Positions 20,406 to 34,545 of a stretch of 64,000 bases of DNA are shown here, one piece after another. The DNA is taken from assembly GCA_963835575.1 (NCBI GenBank), contig CAWIGG010000004.1, positions 64,001 through 128,000 of the forward strand, given 5' to 3'. The position numbers and the translations under genes are program-made. Origin of the DNA: an uncultured Spirochaetota bacterium. Lineage in GTDB: Bacteria > Spirochaetota > Brevinematia > Brevinematales > JAOACQ01. The notes under the pieces were generated by a model that saw only the letters and a list, made by a program, of their open reading frames with translations, had not been told where the DNA came from and did not search any database. Numbering within the stretch: the first letter of the stretch is position 1; each line of letters starts with the position of its first letter.

Positions 20406-20513
20406 GCCTGGCAACACCTACTTTCCCCTTACGAGTATCATCGGCGACGCAGGGCTTAACTTCCGGGTTCGGAATGGGACCGGGTGTAACACCTGCGCTA
20501 TGGTCACCAGGCA
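20406..20513 (-). rRNA. rrf: 5S rRNA (short, about 108 nt)
   Basis: GCCTGG terminal helix, CCCATTCCGAAC, GAAGTTAAG, AGTAGG conserved motifs. Confidence 0.95.
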
Positions 20514-20527
20514 AAACAAAACAACCA

Positions 20528-20573
20528 ACCCCTCTGTATCCCCCCCTTAATAAGGGGGGAAGGGAAGGGGGGT
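20528..20573. repeat. C-rich/G-rich REP-like hairpin in the 23S-5S spacer
   Basis: ACCCCTCT..TCCCCCCTTA / TAAGGGGGGA..GAAGGGGGGT. Confidence 0.55.
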
Positions 20574-20593
20574 AAATAAGAATAAGTCAAGAA

Positions 20594-23474
<2,881 letters not shown>

Positions 23475-23502
23475 TTCTTACCTTATTCCTATAACCGATT
23501 TC

Positions 23503-23613
23503 TGGCTATTAGCTACTAACTTCTAGCCGTTAGCTAATAGATATTTCTTATCTGTTTAAAACAATTCTTTTTCCCCGTTCCGCTAACCGCTAGCAGCTAA
23601 CCGCTAACAGCTA
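23503..23613. repeat. Inverted heptamer arrays in the tRNA-Ala-23S spacer
   Basis: TAGCnnn x5 facing (C/A)GCTA(A/G)C x5. Confidence 0.6.
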
Positions 23614-23619
23614 GTAACC

Positions 23620-23692
23620 TGGAGATGAGGGGAATCGAACCCCTGGCATCCTGCTTGCAAGGCAGGCGCTCTCCCAGCTGAGCTACACCCCC
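23620..23692 (-). tRNA. tRNA-Ala(TGC), CCA not encoded
   Basis: GGGGGTGTAGCTCAGCTGGGAGAGCGCCTGCCTTGCAAGCAGG...GGTTCGATTCCCCTCATCTCCA. Confidence 0.97.
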
Positions 23693-23697
23693 AAGAC

Positions 23698-23740
23698 GAT
23701 TGCGTAGAGACGTAATGAAACATTACATCTCTACGCAATC
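23698..23740. repeat. GTAG-type REP hairpin between the two spacer tRNAs
   Basis: GATTGCGTAGAGAcGTAATG-aaa-CATTACaTCTCTACGCAATC; the single mismatch is a G-U pair on the transcribed strand. Confidence 0.75.
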
Positions 23741-23741
23741 C

Positions 23742-23815
23742 TGGGTGTAGGTGGTTTCGAACCACCGACCTCAGCCTTATCAGGGCTGCGCTCTAACCAA
23801 CTGAGCTATACACCC
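23742..23815 (-). tRNA. tRNA-Ile(GAT), CCA not encoded
   Basis: GGGTGTATAGCTCAGTTGGTTAGAGCGCAGCCCTGATAAGGCTG...GGTTCGAAACCACCTACACCCA. Confidence 0.97.
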
Positions 23816-23904
23816 CTTTGGCTTTTATCTCTTTTTCTTCTTTTTATATATAAGATGAGAGTCCAGTGACTTGTTTTGAGGTGTTACCCTCTTTTTCTCC
23901 CTAT

Positions 23905-25436
<1,532 letters not shown>

Positions 25437-25664
25437 AAAAATTATATCATTTCAGTTTGATCTGTTTGCATCTGTCCGTACAGACGTTGCAAGCAACGTC
25501 TCTACTTAAGAAATTGTTTCCTCCCTTGTCGACCTCTCCGATCTTTCAACCGGCCGCCGACTCGGGCAGGACTCGCACTGGACTCTCACCTTCGTTCTAT
25601 TACCTTATTTCAGTACAAGAATACTACCCATTTTCTTCACCCTGCCTTTATACAGGCGGGTAGT

Positions 25665-25694
25665 AGTATAACATAGGCATTTAATTTTAGTCAA
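25665..25694 (-). promoter_or_regulatory. rrn promoter
   Basis: TTGACT-N18-TATACT with extended TG and AT-rich upstream region. Confidence 0.65.
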
Positions 25695-25814
25695 ACTTTT
25701 TATTAATTAATTTTTAACTTAAAACTAATAATCTAAAACTTTCACACTTAAACAGTCTTTCTGCCGGATTTATTTAACATTTTATAAGAAAACAATATGT
25801 CCGATAATTTAATA

Positions 25815-25843
25815 TTGACAATTAAATATGGATTATTTAGAAT
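25815..25843 (+). promoter_or_regulatory. sigma70 promoter, probably native to the gene at 27272, now upstream of IS256
   Basis: TTGACA-N17-TAGAAT overlapping the left TSD. Confidence 0.65.
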
Positions 25844-25849
25844 TTCCCC

Positions 25850-27245
25850 GAGTTATAATAGAAAGTTGTGTATAGGAATAAATATTTTAAAAAAGATGGC
25901 GTACCCTCTATAATTTATTTACGACAATAAACAAAAGGAGGAATACGCCATATGCCGAAGCACAACGAAGATTTTAAGCTCTTACAGGCTTTTAATCAAG
26001 ATGAAACAGTAGAATTTTTATGTCTTGAAGAATTGGCAAGGATCGGGGCCAGGGAAATAATCAAGAAGGCTCTGGAAGATGAAATTAATGGGTTTCTTCA
26101 GGAGAGAGAGCATTTAACTATCGAAGACGGGAGAAAGGCAATAGTAAGAAATGGGTATCATAAAGCCCGTCAGATTCTCATTGGTGGAGGGGCTATTGAT
26201 GTATGTATTCCGAGAACAAGGAACCGACTCGGAGGCGACAATTTTCAAAGCCTAATAGTACCGCCGTATATGAGAAAAAGCCTGAGAATTGAGGAAGCCA
26301 TTCCATTGTTGTATCTCTATGGAGTCTCAGAGATGGATATGGAGAATGCCTTGAGAGGATTGCTTGGTGAAGAAGCGAAAGGATTATCAGCCTCAAGTAT
26401 AAGCAGAATGAAACAAGGATGGGGTAAAGAATATGATGAGTGGCGGACATCCGATTTAAGCGATAAAAAGTATTGCTATATATGGGTTGACGGCATTTAC
26501 TTCAATGTACAGGGCAGCGAAGACCGTTTATGCACTCTTGTAATGATCGGAGCCAATGAGAATGGTGAAAAGGAGATTATTCTTGTTGAAGAAGGTTACA
26601 GAGAGAATTCCGAGACTTGGTTAGGGATATTAAGAAACCTAAAAGAAAAAGGTTTGAAAGGTCCTATTCTTTTTATCGGAGACGGAAGCCTTGGATTCTG
26701 GAAAGCAGCCAAAGAAGTATATCCTGAATCCAGATGGCAGAGATGCTGGGTTCATAAGATAAAGAACATTCTAAACAAGCTGCCCAAAGTATTACAGTCA
26801 AAGGCAAAAGAGATGCTTCATGAGATATGCAATGCTCCTGATAAGGATAATGCTATCAAAGCTTTTGAATTATTCCAGGCGGTTTTTAATCCTAAATATC
26901 CAGCAGCTGTCGAATGTTTAGAAAAGGATTGGGAGCTTATGATCGAATTTTATAACTGTCCGGCGGAACATTGGGTACATATCCGTACGACAAACGTAAT
27001 AGAATCTACCTTCTCTACAGTTCGATTAAGAACTAAAAAGATGAGAGGCTGCGGAACCAGGGAAACGATTCTAATAATGGTCTATAAATTACTGGATAAG
27101 GCATCCAGGCGATGGAGAAAATTAAGAGGTTATGAAAAGATTAGCCTTGTATTGGAAGGCGCTGTTTTTGAGAACGGAGAGCTTGTAAAAAAGGCAGCAT
27201 AAAAAAATGAGAGGGTATGTCATACACAACATTTGACAAAAACTC
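25850..27245 (+). mobile_element. IS256-family insertion sequence
   Basis: Imperfect TIRs GAGTT...GTTGTGTAT; 9-bp TSD AATTTCCCC at 25841-25849 and 27246-27254. Confidence 0.92.
25952..27202 (+). CDS. IS256-family (Mutator) transposase
   Basis: RNGY, YIWVDGIY, FIGDG..G, QRCWVH, IRTTN.IES motifs. Confidence 0.95.
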   Translation: MPKHNEDFKLLQAFNQDETVEFLCLEELARIGAREIIKKALEDEINGFLQEREHLTIEDGRKAIVRNGYHKARQILIGGGAIDVCIPRTRNRLGGDNFQSLIVPPYMRKSLRIEEAIPLLYLYGVSEMDMENALRGLLGEEAKGLSASSISRMKQGWGKEYDEWRTSDLSDKKYCYIWVDGIYFNVQGSEDRLCTLVMIGANENGEKEIILVEEGYRENSETWLGILRNLKEKGLKGPILFIGDGSLGFWKAAKEVYPESRWQRCWVHKIKNILNKLPKVLQSKAKEMLHEICNAPDKDNAIKAFELFQAVFNPKYPAAVECLEKDWELMIEFYNCPAEHWVHIRTTNVIESTFSTVRLRTKKMRGCGTRETILIMVYKLLDKASRRWRKLRGYEKISLVLEGAVFENGELVKKAA

Positions 27246-27271
27246 AATTTCCCCTTTAAAAAAGGTTAAAT

Positions 27272-29050
27272 ATGAATATTAAAACATTTATTACCGGATT
27301 TTTATTTCTTCTGACGATAAATATCAAACTCTATGCTGAAAATGTTTCCCTCTGCTACCACCAGTTTGATTATTCACTGACCAATCTTTATTCTGTCCTT
27401 CCGGAAGTATTCGAGTGGCAGGTAAATACAATCCGGCAGAACGGCATTCCCATCATTACTCTTGATCAGATGATCGATACTTTCTATAATAAGGATAATA
27501 TCGGTACTAATGTCCTTATTACGATAGACGATGGATGGAAAAACGAATTGAATATTATCCCTATTGCTCAGAAATATAAAGTGCCTGTTACAATATTCCT
27601 TGTTCCTCAATTTATTGACAATAAAACAAATTATTTCACATCTGACGACATTGAATTCCTGAAAAAAATCCCGGAAGTAAGCTTCGGATGTCACAGCTAT
27701 TCACATCCGGTGCTGGTCCATAAAAACGCGTTTTTCCTGAATAAAGAAGTGGCGGAATCCCGGTATATTCTTGAAAAAATGCTCAATAGAAAAATAGATA
27801 CTTTTGCCTATCCGTATGGAGCTTTTGACGATGATGCCAAAAAGCTGGCCGGAGAACACTATAAACTTGCCTTCGGGATAAACAGCGGGCCCAACGGCAT
27901 ATCACGAGACAAATCCAACATTAACCGGGATGTCATTTATAAAATGACTTCTTTCGGCGAGTTTATTTCCGCTATTGACTATGCAATGGGCAGGCATGTC
28001 GATAAAGGATATAACATAACATCACTCGGGGAAGGAAACAATAACTACCGCCATTTTCATTATATCAAGATAAAGCTTTTCAAATTTCCTGCCGGCCGCA
28101 GGGAAAAAAGCCTGCTGATTATTCCGAGTTCCAGTATCGGTCCCGGCTGGGCATATAAAATCATAGACAGGCTCACAAATACCGACATCGAAACCGATGT
28201 CGCGGTCGAAAGGAACAATAATATCCCTTTTTACCGGCCGGACAAAGAAATGCGGTCTATAACCAATTGGGGACTTTCCGCCTATATGGATGATATAAAA
28301 AGAGCCCTGGATTATCTGTCAGCCCGGAAAAAAAAGATCATTCTGCTGACCTGGGGGAACGGCTTTGATCTCATTGCCGCGACATTATTAAAATATCCCG
28401 CTTACCTTGCCAGGATCAAGGGAATGATAACCGTCAACCCTTCCGTTCGTGTCCGGAATAATGATAAAACAACTTTTTTAATTAATTCCCTCTATTATGA
28501 AAATCTTCTCCGCGAAAGAAGCTACTCTCTGACAACCCTGTCATTTTTCATGAAGATAAAAACTCTTTACGACCTCGCGGTTCTAAAGCCCGCGTCAATA
28601 AGCCCATATGCAAAAACGCTTGGTTATCCTGTAATGTCCAATTTTGAGACATTTAAAAAAGCGGTTGATGAAGAAAATGACCCCGACTTATCACTGGACA
28701 GCCTGAATACTCATTATACTATAAAAGAATTTATGGACGCGTCCATGAAGCCGCTGCCGATATTCAGCATGCTCGAGCCGCTCTGCCTTCTCAAGGACTT
28801 TCAAAGTCTATGGTACAATCAATTTTCATGGAAAGAAATGGGGATCAATTCACCGGCGCATCTCCGGTTTCCGGTCACATTTATTAATTCCGAACAATAT
28901 GCCCCATGCATTGAAAGAATCCAGGAAACATTTCCGCACCTGAAAAAAGGAAATACCTATTACTTTGAAGGTGTTTCCACCATTGAAATGCTTCTTTCCA
29001 CATCAATCGCCGATTTGATCACAAATGAGACAATCGGGATGATGGAATAA
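27272..29050 (+). CDS. Exported polysaccharide deacetylase (NodB/CE4) fused to an alpha/beta-hydrolase-like domain
   Basis: Signal peptide; ITIDDG, HSYSH, FAYPYG; C-terminal 'DDIKRALDYL...IILLTWGNG' elbow-like segment. Confidence 0.75.
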   Translation: MNIKTFITGFLFLLTINIKLYAENVSLCYHQFDYSLTNLYSVLPEVFEWQVNTIRQNGIPIITLDQMIDTFYNKDNIGTNVLITIDDGWKNELNIIPIAQKYKVPVTIFLVPQFIDNKTNYFTSDDIEFLKKIPEVSFGCHSYSHPVLVHKNAFFLNKEVAESRYILEKMLNRKIDTFAYPYGAFDDDAKKLAGEHYKLAFGINSGPNGISRDKSNINRDVIYKMTSFGEFISAIDYAMGRHVDKGYNITSLGEGNNNYRHFHYIKIKLFKFPAGRREKSLLIIPSSSIGPGWAYKIIDRLTNTDIETDVAVERNNNIPFYRPDKEMRSITNWGLSAYMDDIKRALDYLSARKKKIILLTWGNGFDLIAATLLKYPAYLARIKGMITVNPSVRVRNNDKTTFLINSLYYENLLRERSYSLTTLSFFMKIKTLYDLAVLKPASISPYAKTLGYPVMSNFETFKKAVDEENDPDLSLDSLNTHYTIKEFMDASMKPLPIFSMLEPLCLLKDFQSLWYNQFSWKEMGINSPAHLRFPVTFINSEQYAPCIERIQETFPHLKKGNTYYFEGVSTIEMLLSTSIADLITNETIGMME

Positions 29051-29053
29051 AGA

Positions 29054-29917
29054 ATGATTATAATGAAAATAGAATTCACATTATCTATTTTATTGATGTT
29101 ATTCATAACAAATGCGGGAAACACAATTTCAATCGATATTAATAAAACTATTATTAATGAGAAAAACGGGATCTCCCGCATTGAATGTGTTTATAAAATT
29201 GGGGGGGGGTCCAGAAAAGTTAAACTTTACGCCGTAAATTTGAAGGAGCAAAAACCGTCAAAAATCATCTGGATATTTCATGGCTACAAACCGGAAGGGG
29301 ACCCTTACCATCAGCATCCTGAAATTATCATCCGAAACTGGGACCTGACGCATCTCGCATCTATTTATCATCTTATATTCATTCTCCCGGACATGGGAAA
29401 AACAATTTATCCATTATCGGCGGAAAACAGCCCCGTTTCTGATGTCCGGTTCCTTGCTGATATTTTCAATTCATTTAATACAAAACCGCCCGAAGCCCCG
29501 GTTATTTTTGCGGGAATATCAACCGGAGTTGAAGGCGCGATCAAACTGGCTTCAATCTGTTCAAACGTGACGACATTACTCTGTTTATCAGGAACATATG
29601 ATTATTCAATTATTCCTGAAGAAAGCGGGGAATATAAAATCCATCAGGAAATTTTCGATAATTCTTCCCTTTTATGGAAAAATGAAAACCCGGTTGAAAT
29701 ACTGAGTAAGCTGAAAAAAACAACCCTTTTTATATATTGTGAGGAAAATTCACAATTTAACAATCAGGCCCGGAATCTGATCATATCACATTTGACAAAT
29801 ATTATATTGAAAGGCGATTTAAACATCGGGAAGGGATTTAAACATGGCTGGGATTTCTGGAAAAGCCCGGCAGTCCTTTCCAATATAACAGCAGTATTCA
29901 ATTCTTCTAATGACTGA
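29054..29917 (+). CDS. Exported esterase-like alpha/beta hydrolase
   Basis: FHG oxyanion motif, GISTG nucleophile elbow, LSG, HGWDFW. Confidence 0.75.
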   Translation: MIIMKIEFTLSILLMLFITNAGNTISIDINKTIINEKNGISRIECVYKIGGGSRKVKLYAVNLKEQKPSKIIWIFHGYKPEGDPYHQHPEIIIRNWDLTHLASIYHLIFILPDMGKTIYPLSAENSPVSDVRFLADIFNSFNTKPPEAPVIFAGISTGVEGAIKLASICSNVTTLLCLSGTYDYSIIPEESGEYKIHQEIFDNSSLLWKNENPVEILSKLKKTTLFIYCEENSQFNNQARNLIISHLTNIILKGDLNIGKGFKHGWDFWKSPAVLSNITAVFNSSND

Positions 29918-32279
29918 CGCCCATTCTGAGAGCAAAAACCGCCGTACCGAGAGTATAGACGGCAATGCCCAGAATAAACACAAGCGTGTATCCAAATAAA
30001 ACAGAAACATAAATGGCCACAAAGCTGGCAAGAACGGAAAAAACGCCGTTGACAGACCACATCCATGGAATGGTATCGCCTTCCTCACTTTCGGATATGA
30101 CCCGGATGCCGGACGGCATCATGAAACCCATAAAAAAGCCTGTGGGCGCGATCAGCGCGACAATGAATAGTATCCTGATGAAAAGAAGCCATCCTGTCAT
30201 AGCGCCGCCTAAGAGCAGAATAAAGAGATAAGAAAATACCGTTGTCGCCACAATGCCGGCCAGGCCTATCAAAATAGCTTTTTTCGGGCTCTGATAACGG
30301 TGGGAGAACATACTTCCTATACCTGAACTGATTAAAAGAGATGAAAGCACAACGGCGAAAGCAAAAATAGGATGGCCGAGAATGAGAGTATACTTCTGCA
30401 TCATGACGACTTCTAAAAGCATAAAACCAAGGCCCAATGACGCGAAGTAGATGATGCTGGCGACTTTATGCGGCAGTTTTTTAAAACCTTTCAGATTAAG
30501 AAAAATAAGAGGGGCGATCAAAAACAGGATGCAGTAAAACACCACCTGTCCGGTCACTTCCTTTAATAATAGAAAAGGCTGGGGATAAAAAAACCTGACG
30601 GCATCGACCCCTTTGCTGAATGAAAGGAATTGAGGCTTGACGCGCTGCGAGAAAAAAGGCCAGTCGTCTGTCGAGGGCCTGATTTCCGTATCATTTAACG
30701 CATATTCCCTGTTGATATCATCCGCCCTGACAAGTCTTTCCTCCCTTGTTCCCGACTTGACATAAGGCGAATATTCCAGGATCTGCCCGATTGAACGGGC
30801 ATATGCAATAAGTTTTGCCGATTCTTTCTCCGTAAAAAGGCCGTTCTTTATCAGGATTTTACATTTCCGGTAACTCGCCGGCTCCTCGAAGATCATGACG
30901 CTCTGCCCGAATTCCTTTTCCCTGTGCATCCTGTGGAACGCCTCGCGGATAAGGGTGACAAAACGCGGCCCGTCCGTATAAGGATTGGAGAGGTAAATAA
31001 CCCCGCCCGGCTTTAAATGGCTGATATAATCCATCATTCCTTCCACAGTAAAAAGGTAGCTCTCCGCCAGCGTAAAGGAGCCGGATGATACCGCCACCTG
31101 CGATATGGAATTGTCAAAAATCAGCACATCATATTTCCTGTCGGAAGAACGTATAAAAAAGCGGCCCTCCTGGAACTCCACATCGACATTGGAAAAATGG
31201 CCGATATTCCCGATTTTCCGGCTGTAAACATCATGAAAGAGGTGATAAATGGTTGCGTTGAATTCCGCGCCGCGTATTTCCTTCGCTCCGGCCGCAAGGG
31301 CAAGGAGAACATCCTTTCCGGCCCCCACACCGACGATCCCGACATCCTGCGGCTTTTCCTTGATTAAGTAAGGATAATAATGCACGCTCAGAATCCTCTT
31401 AAACTCCGAAAAATCATTGGTCCGGGCAACAGGATAGAGATAGGTAAAGCATGAGTAATCCGCCGTGACGGCCCAGGAGCCGCTCGGCCTTTCATGCACC
31501 GCCACATAGGCGAAATTATCCCAATCCGAGAATTTTTTTACGCCCAGGTATTCCAGGTGCCTTTTATCGCCGGAAATTCTGATCTCGACATTTTTGACCA
31601 TCGGGTAATAGATATAAATATCCAGAGCGATAAATAGTAAAACGGCGATTGAAAAAATCCAATGTTTTTCATAAACAAAAAGCGCAGCGGCAATAATAAC
31701 AATCCCGGAGATGATGACGGATACGATCATCGGGCCGTTATGCGGGAAAACAATCAGCGCGAAAAAACAGCCGATCCCGCCGCCGATCAGGTCAAAGAAA
31801 TATATTTTATTGATATTCTCTTTATAATTCGTAAACAAAAATGAAAAAATATATCCGCCCAGGATAAATGGGACCAGGAGCAGCATCAGAAAATGAGTTA
31901 AATATCCTTTCTGCAGGGCTGACGCCGCGACCTCATTCATCTCCAGGGGTATTTGATTGATCCCGATCAGCACGATTGGAATGGAAACCGCCAGCAAGAT
32001 CGAGGCAGTCATCAATGTGATGGGAGCAAAACTTTTAAGAAAACGGTTAGTAAAAAAGACAAGGAGCCCTCCAAAGCCTATCCCAAAAAGGGCCACGGAG
32101 AGAATGATAAACCCGAAGTGGTACCAGAACGTCAGGGAAAACATTCTTGTGAGGATCACTTCCAGGCAGAGAATGGAAAGCGATACCAGAAATACGCCGC
32201 CGTAAAGCGGCCATTTCGGCTCCTGCTTCATCGTCTGTTTTTCAACCGGTTTCTGATTCGGCATATTTTTGGGTTTCAT
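29907..32279 (-). CDS. Membrane protein with spermidine-synthase-like SAM-methyltransferase domain
   Basis: N- and C-terminal TM bundles; VGVGAGKD, EGR.FIR...KYD, ESYLFTVE, PSTDDWPFF, WMWSVNG. Confidence 0.8.
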   Translation of the reverse strand: MKPKNMPNQKPVEKQTMKQEPKWPLYGGVFLVSLSILCLEVILTRMFSLTFWYHFGFIILSVALFGIGFGGLLVFFTNRFLKSFAPITLMTASILLAVSIPIVLIGINQIPLEMNEVAASALQKGYLTHFLMLLLVPFILGGYIFSFLFTNYKENINKIYFFDLIGGGIGCFFALIVFPHNGPMIVSVIISGIVIIAAALFVYEKHWIFSIAVLLFIALDIYIYYPMVKNVEIRISGDKRHLEYLGVKKFSDWDNFAYVAVHERPSGSWAVTADYSCFTYLYPVARTNDFSEFKRILSVHYYPYLIKEKPQDVGIVGVGAGKDVLLALAAGAKEIRGAEFNATIYHLFHDVYSRKIGNIGHFSNVDVEFQEGRFFIRSSDRKYDVLIFDNSISQVAVSSGSFTLAESYLFTVEGMMDYISHLKPGGVIYLSNPYTDGPRFVTLIREAFHRMHREKEFGQSVMIFEEPASYRKCKILIKNGLFTEKESAKLIAYARSIGQILEYSPYVKSGTREERLVRADDINREYALNDTEIRPSTDDWPFFSQRVKPQFLSFSKGVDAVRFFYPQPFLLLKEVTGQVVFYCILFLIAPLIFLNLKGFKKLPHKVASIIYFASLGLGFMLLEVVMMQKYTLILGHPIFAFAVVLSSLLISSGIGSMFSHRYQSPKKAILIGLAGIVATTVFSYLFILLLGGAMTGWLLFIRILFIVALIAPTGFFMGFMMPSGIRVISESEEGDTIPWMWSVNGVFSVLASFVAIYVSVLFGYTLVFILGIAVYTLGTAVFALRMGVSH

Positions 32280-32373
32280 ATTGTCATCACCTTTAAGTTA
32301 AAATTTATAATCTTCTATAATAATAGTTTTTATATTTATGGCTTATTGAAAAACTTGAAATTTCAGCACAAAG

Positions 32374-32547
32374 GCCGTCATTGCGAGGAGTCAAACATCT
32401 ACTTTGCCGAAAGCCTTCACCCGAAGCAATGGTTCGACAAGCTCACCACGGCGTCTGTCAGTTCATTAAGCTTTCTTTATATGCAGACAGATTGCTTCGC
32501 ACAGGAGAAATCATCGAAGGATAAAACCGGTCGCTCGCAATGACGGC
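32374..32547. repeat. CGTC-type REP/RPE-like palindromic element with nested TTCGACAAGCTCA motif
   Basis: GCCGTCATTGCGAG...GAAGCAAT / ATTGCTTC...CTCGCAATGACGGC. Confidence 0.75.
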
Positions 32548-32602
32548 TTTACTATATCAAAACTATTTGTCATGCAAAATCAGTACAATTTAAATTACCC
32601 GA

Positions 32603-33646
32603 TCAATCATCAAACCTGTGATACTTGACAGTCGCTGAATTCTCGTTCACATTAAAACCGAGGCGCGTAAAAGGCCAGTAACGGAAAAGCGGCCTGCCGA
32701 AAATATTCTTTTCCGGAATAAAGCCGAAATAACGGCAATCCTCGCTGTAATCGCGGTTGTCGCCCATGCAGAAATAATAATTGTCATTTATTTTCCATTC
32801 ATTTATTTCTTTTCCGTCAAGGTAGAATTTACTATTGCTGAATGTGACGGTTTTGCCGGTTTCCCTTTCAATCAATAGCTTGATCAAATATTTATAGTAG
32901 CCGTCCGCTTCAATTAAATTAATGACATCTCCCTTTTTCGGGATCCGGATATCCGGAAAATGGCTGAAGAGGTAAAAGCGGTACATGTCAAAATTATTAA
33001 CGACATCATCAGCCTTCATTTTGATCATGGCTTCTTTATAATCCCCTCCGACTTCCCTGTCAAATCCGTAAATATGCTGAATGATCCTTTCCCTGCCGTC
33101 AAACTTCTCGCTGAACAGATTAAAATCCCTGTCGTTTTCCCTTCTCATCATGTTATAAATCGCCTGATGGGAGATCATGACAAAATCCGTCTGAACAATC
33201 TGATGGTTGATATAAAGGTTTTGATTGGACATGGATATCACATCGCCTGGTTTCCCCACAAGGCGCTTGACCAGATTTTTCGGCATATCAAACGTATTGT
33301 CCAGGTTAATCAAAGAAAGCGTGAATAAAGAGATCAGCTCCTGAGCAATACCGGGGCTTTTCCATGCCGGGGAAACGAAAACAACCACATCATTCCGCTC
33401 AGGGCGGAGCAGACCTGGAATTTTCCAGTTTAAGATCGGTATCCGTGAACCCATTGTCCCTTTTTCCACCATCAGAATATCCTTGACCAGAAGGCTGGGG
33501 ACCATGGATTGAGAAGGTATCTGATAAGCCTCAATGAGCAATAACCGGATGACAAACGCTATCACATAAGCGGATAAAAACACGTTGATATTCTCAATTA
33601 CTTTTTCTTTAAACGTCATGTTTTTTTTGTCTTTTTTCTGCTTCAC
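32603..33646 (-). CDS. lepB: Signal peptidase I
   Basis: IPSQSM.PSL, VKRLVG.PGD, MGDNRD.S.D.R.FG, YWP. Confidence 0.95.
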   Translation of the reverse strand: MKQKKDKKNMTFKEKVIENINVFLSAYVIAFVIRLLLIEAYQIPSQSMVPSLLVKDILMVEKGTMGSRIPILNWKIPGLLRPERNDVVVFVSPAWKSPGIAQELISLFTLSLINLDNTFDMPKNLVKRLVGKPGDVISMSNQNLYINHQIVQTDFVMISHQAIYNMMRRENDRDFNLFSEKFDGRERIIQHIYGFDREVGGDYKEAMIKMKADDVVNNFDMYRFYLFSHFPDIRIPKKGDVINLIEADGYYKYLIKLLIERETGKTVTFSNSKFYLDGKEINEWKINDNYYFCMGDNRDYSEDCRYFGFIPEKNIFGRPLFRYWPFTRLGFNVNENSATVKYHRFDD

Positions 33647-33674
33647 AAAATACTCCTTTAAACTAAATATATTC

Positions 33675-33878
33675 TTACATCGCCAGACTTTTCAATAAAA
33701 GTACCAGGATCGTTTCCGCCGTGGCATATTTTAATATCCCGATAAATAAGGATTTCCATCTTCTGAATAATTTAATTTTTAAAACAACCTGCCCGGTCAA
33801 ATCCTGAGGGACATGGAAATCCAGCCATTTTTCATTATTATCGATAAATCCTATCAATGCCTTTCCCTTTTTATTCAA
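33675..33878 (-). CDS. Small membrane protein, putative anti-sigma factor
   Basis: TTG start overlapping the sigma-factor stop with GGAGGA RBS; hydrophobic C-terminus. Confidence 0.5.
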   Translation of the reverse strand: MNKKGKALIGFIDNNEKWLDFHVPQDLTGQVVLKIKLFRRWKSLFIGILKYATAETILVLLLKSLAM

Positions 33879-34413
33879 TGCCTTCCTCCAGCAGCTTTTG
33901 CTTAAACCTGTCTTTGGCCCGGAAGATCCCGACCCGCACCTGATTTTCACTTTTCTCTTTCAGGGCGGCGATCTCTTTGATGTCGAGCGACATTATAAAG
34001 CGGAGTATCAGCAGATGTTTATCTTCTTCATTCAAACTGTCCAGCGCTTTTAAAAAAATGATCTTATCTTCTATTGATAACGTTCCCTTATCAAGATAAA
34101 CGGCATATTCCAGGACATCCTCATAAACAATCTCTTTCCTGTCTTTTTTAAGCTTCAGAAAATTCCTGATGATATTAAGCTCGATCGAATAAAGCCATGG
34201 AAAGAAATCCTTTGTTTCTTTAAATCCCCTGAGATATTTATAGGCCCGGAAGAAAACCTCCTGCGCAATATCTTTCGCGTCCTCGCCGTTATGAAAATAA
34301 GAAAAAGCCAGGGCAAATACCCTTTTTTCATATGTTTTTAAGATATATTCAAAAGCTTTTATATCTCCCTTTTTTGCCTTCATTATTGCTTCGCTTTCGT
34401 TCATCCCGTTCAA
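33871..34413 (-). CDS. ECF RNA polymerase sigma factor
   Basis: GD..AF, DA.D..QEVF, F.PWLY.I..N, region 4 HTH 'IKEIA...V.V.IFRA'. Confidence 0.92.
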   Translation of the reverse strand: MNGMNESEAIMKAKKGDIKAFEYILKTYEKRVFALAFSYFHNGEDAKDIAQEVFFRAYKYLRGFKETKDFFPWLYSIELNIIRNFLKLKKDRKEIVYEDVLEYAVYLDKGTLSIEDKIIFLKALDSLNEEDKHLLILRFIMSLDIKEIAALKEKSENQVRVGIFRAKDRFKQKLLEEGIE

Positions 34414-34545
34414 TCCTTTTCACTTTGCCCTATTTCCTGTTAATAGGTATACCATAAAGGAGGCAAAATTATTACATCAGGAAAAAATATTTTATTTGAT
34501 CCTGAGCGATGCATTTTTCTTAAAAAAGAACAATTATATGCTCTT

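Noticed and set aside
31953..32543. 196-aa plus-strand ORF
   Set aside because: Antisense to a real gene and runs through a palindromic repeat.
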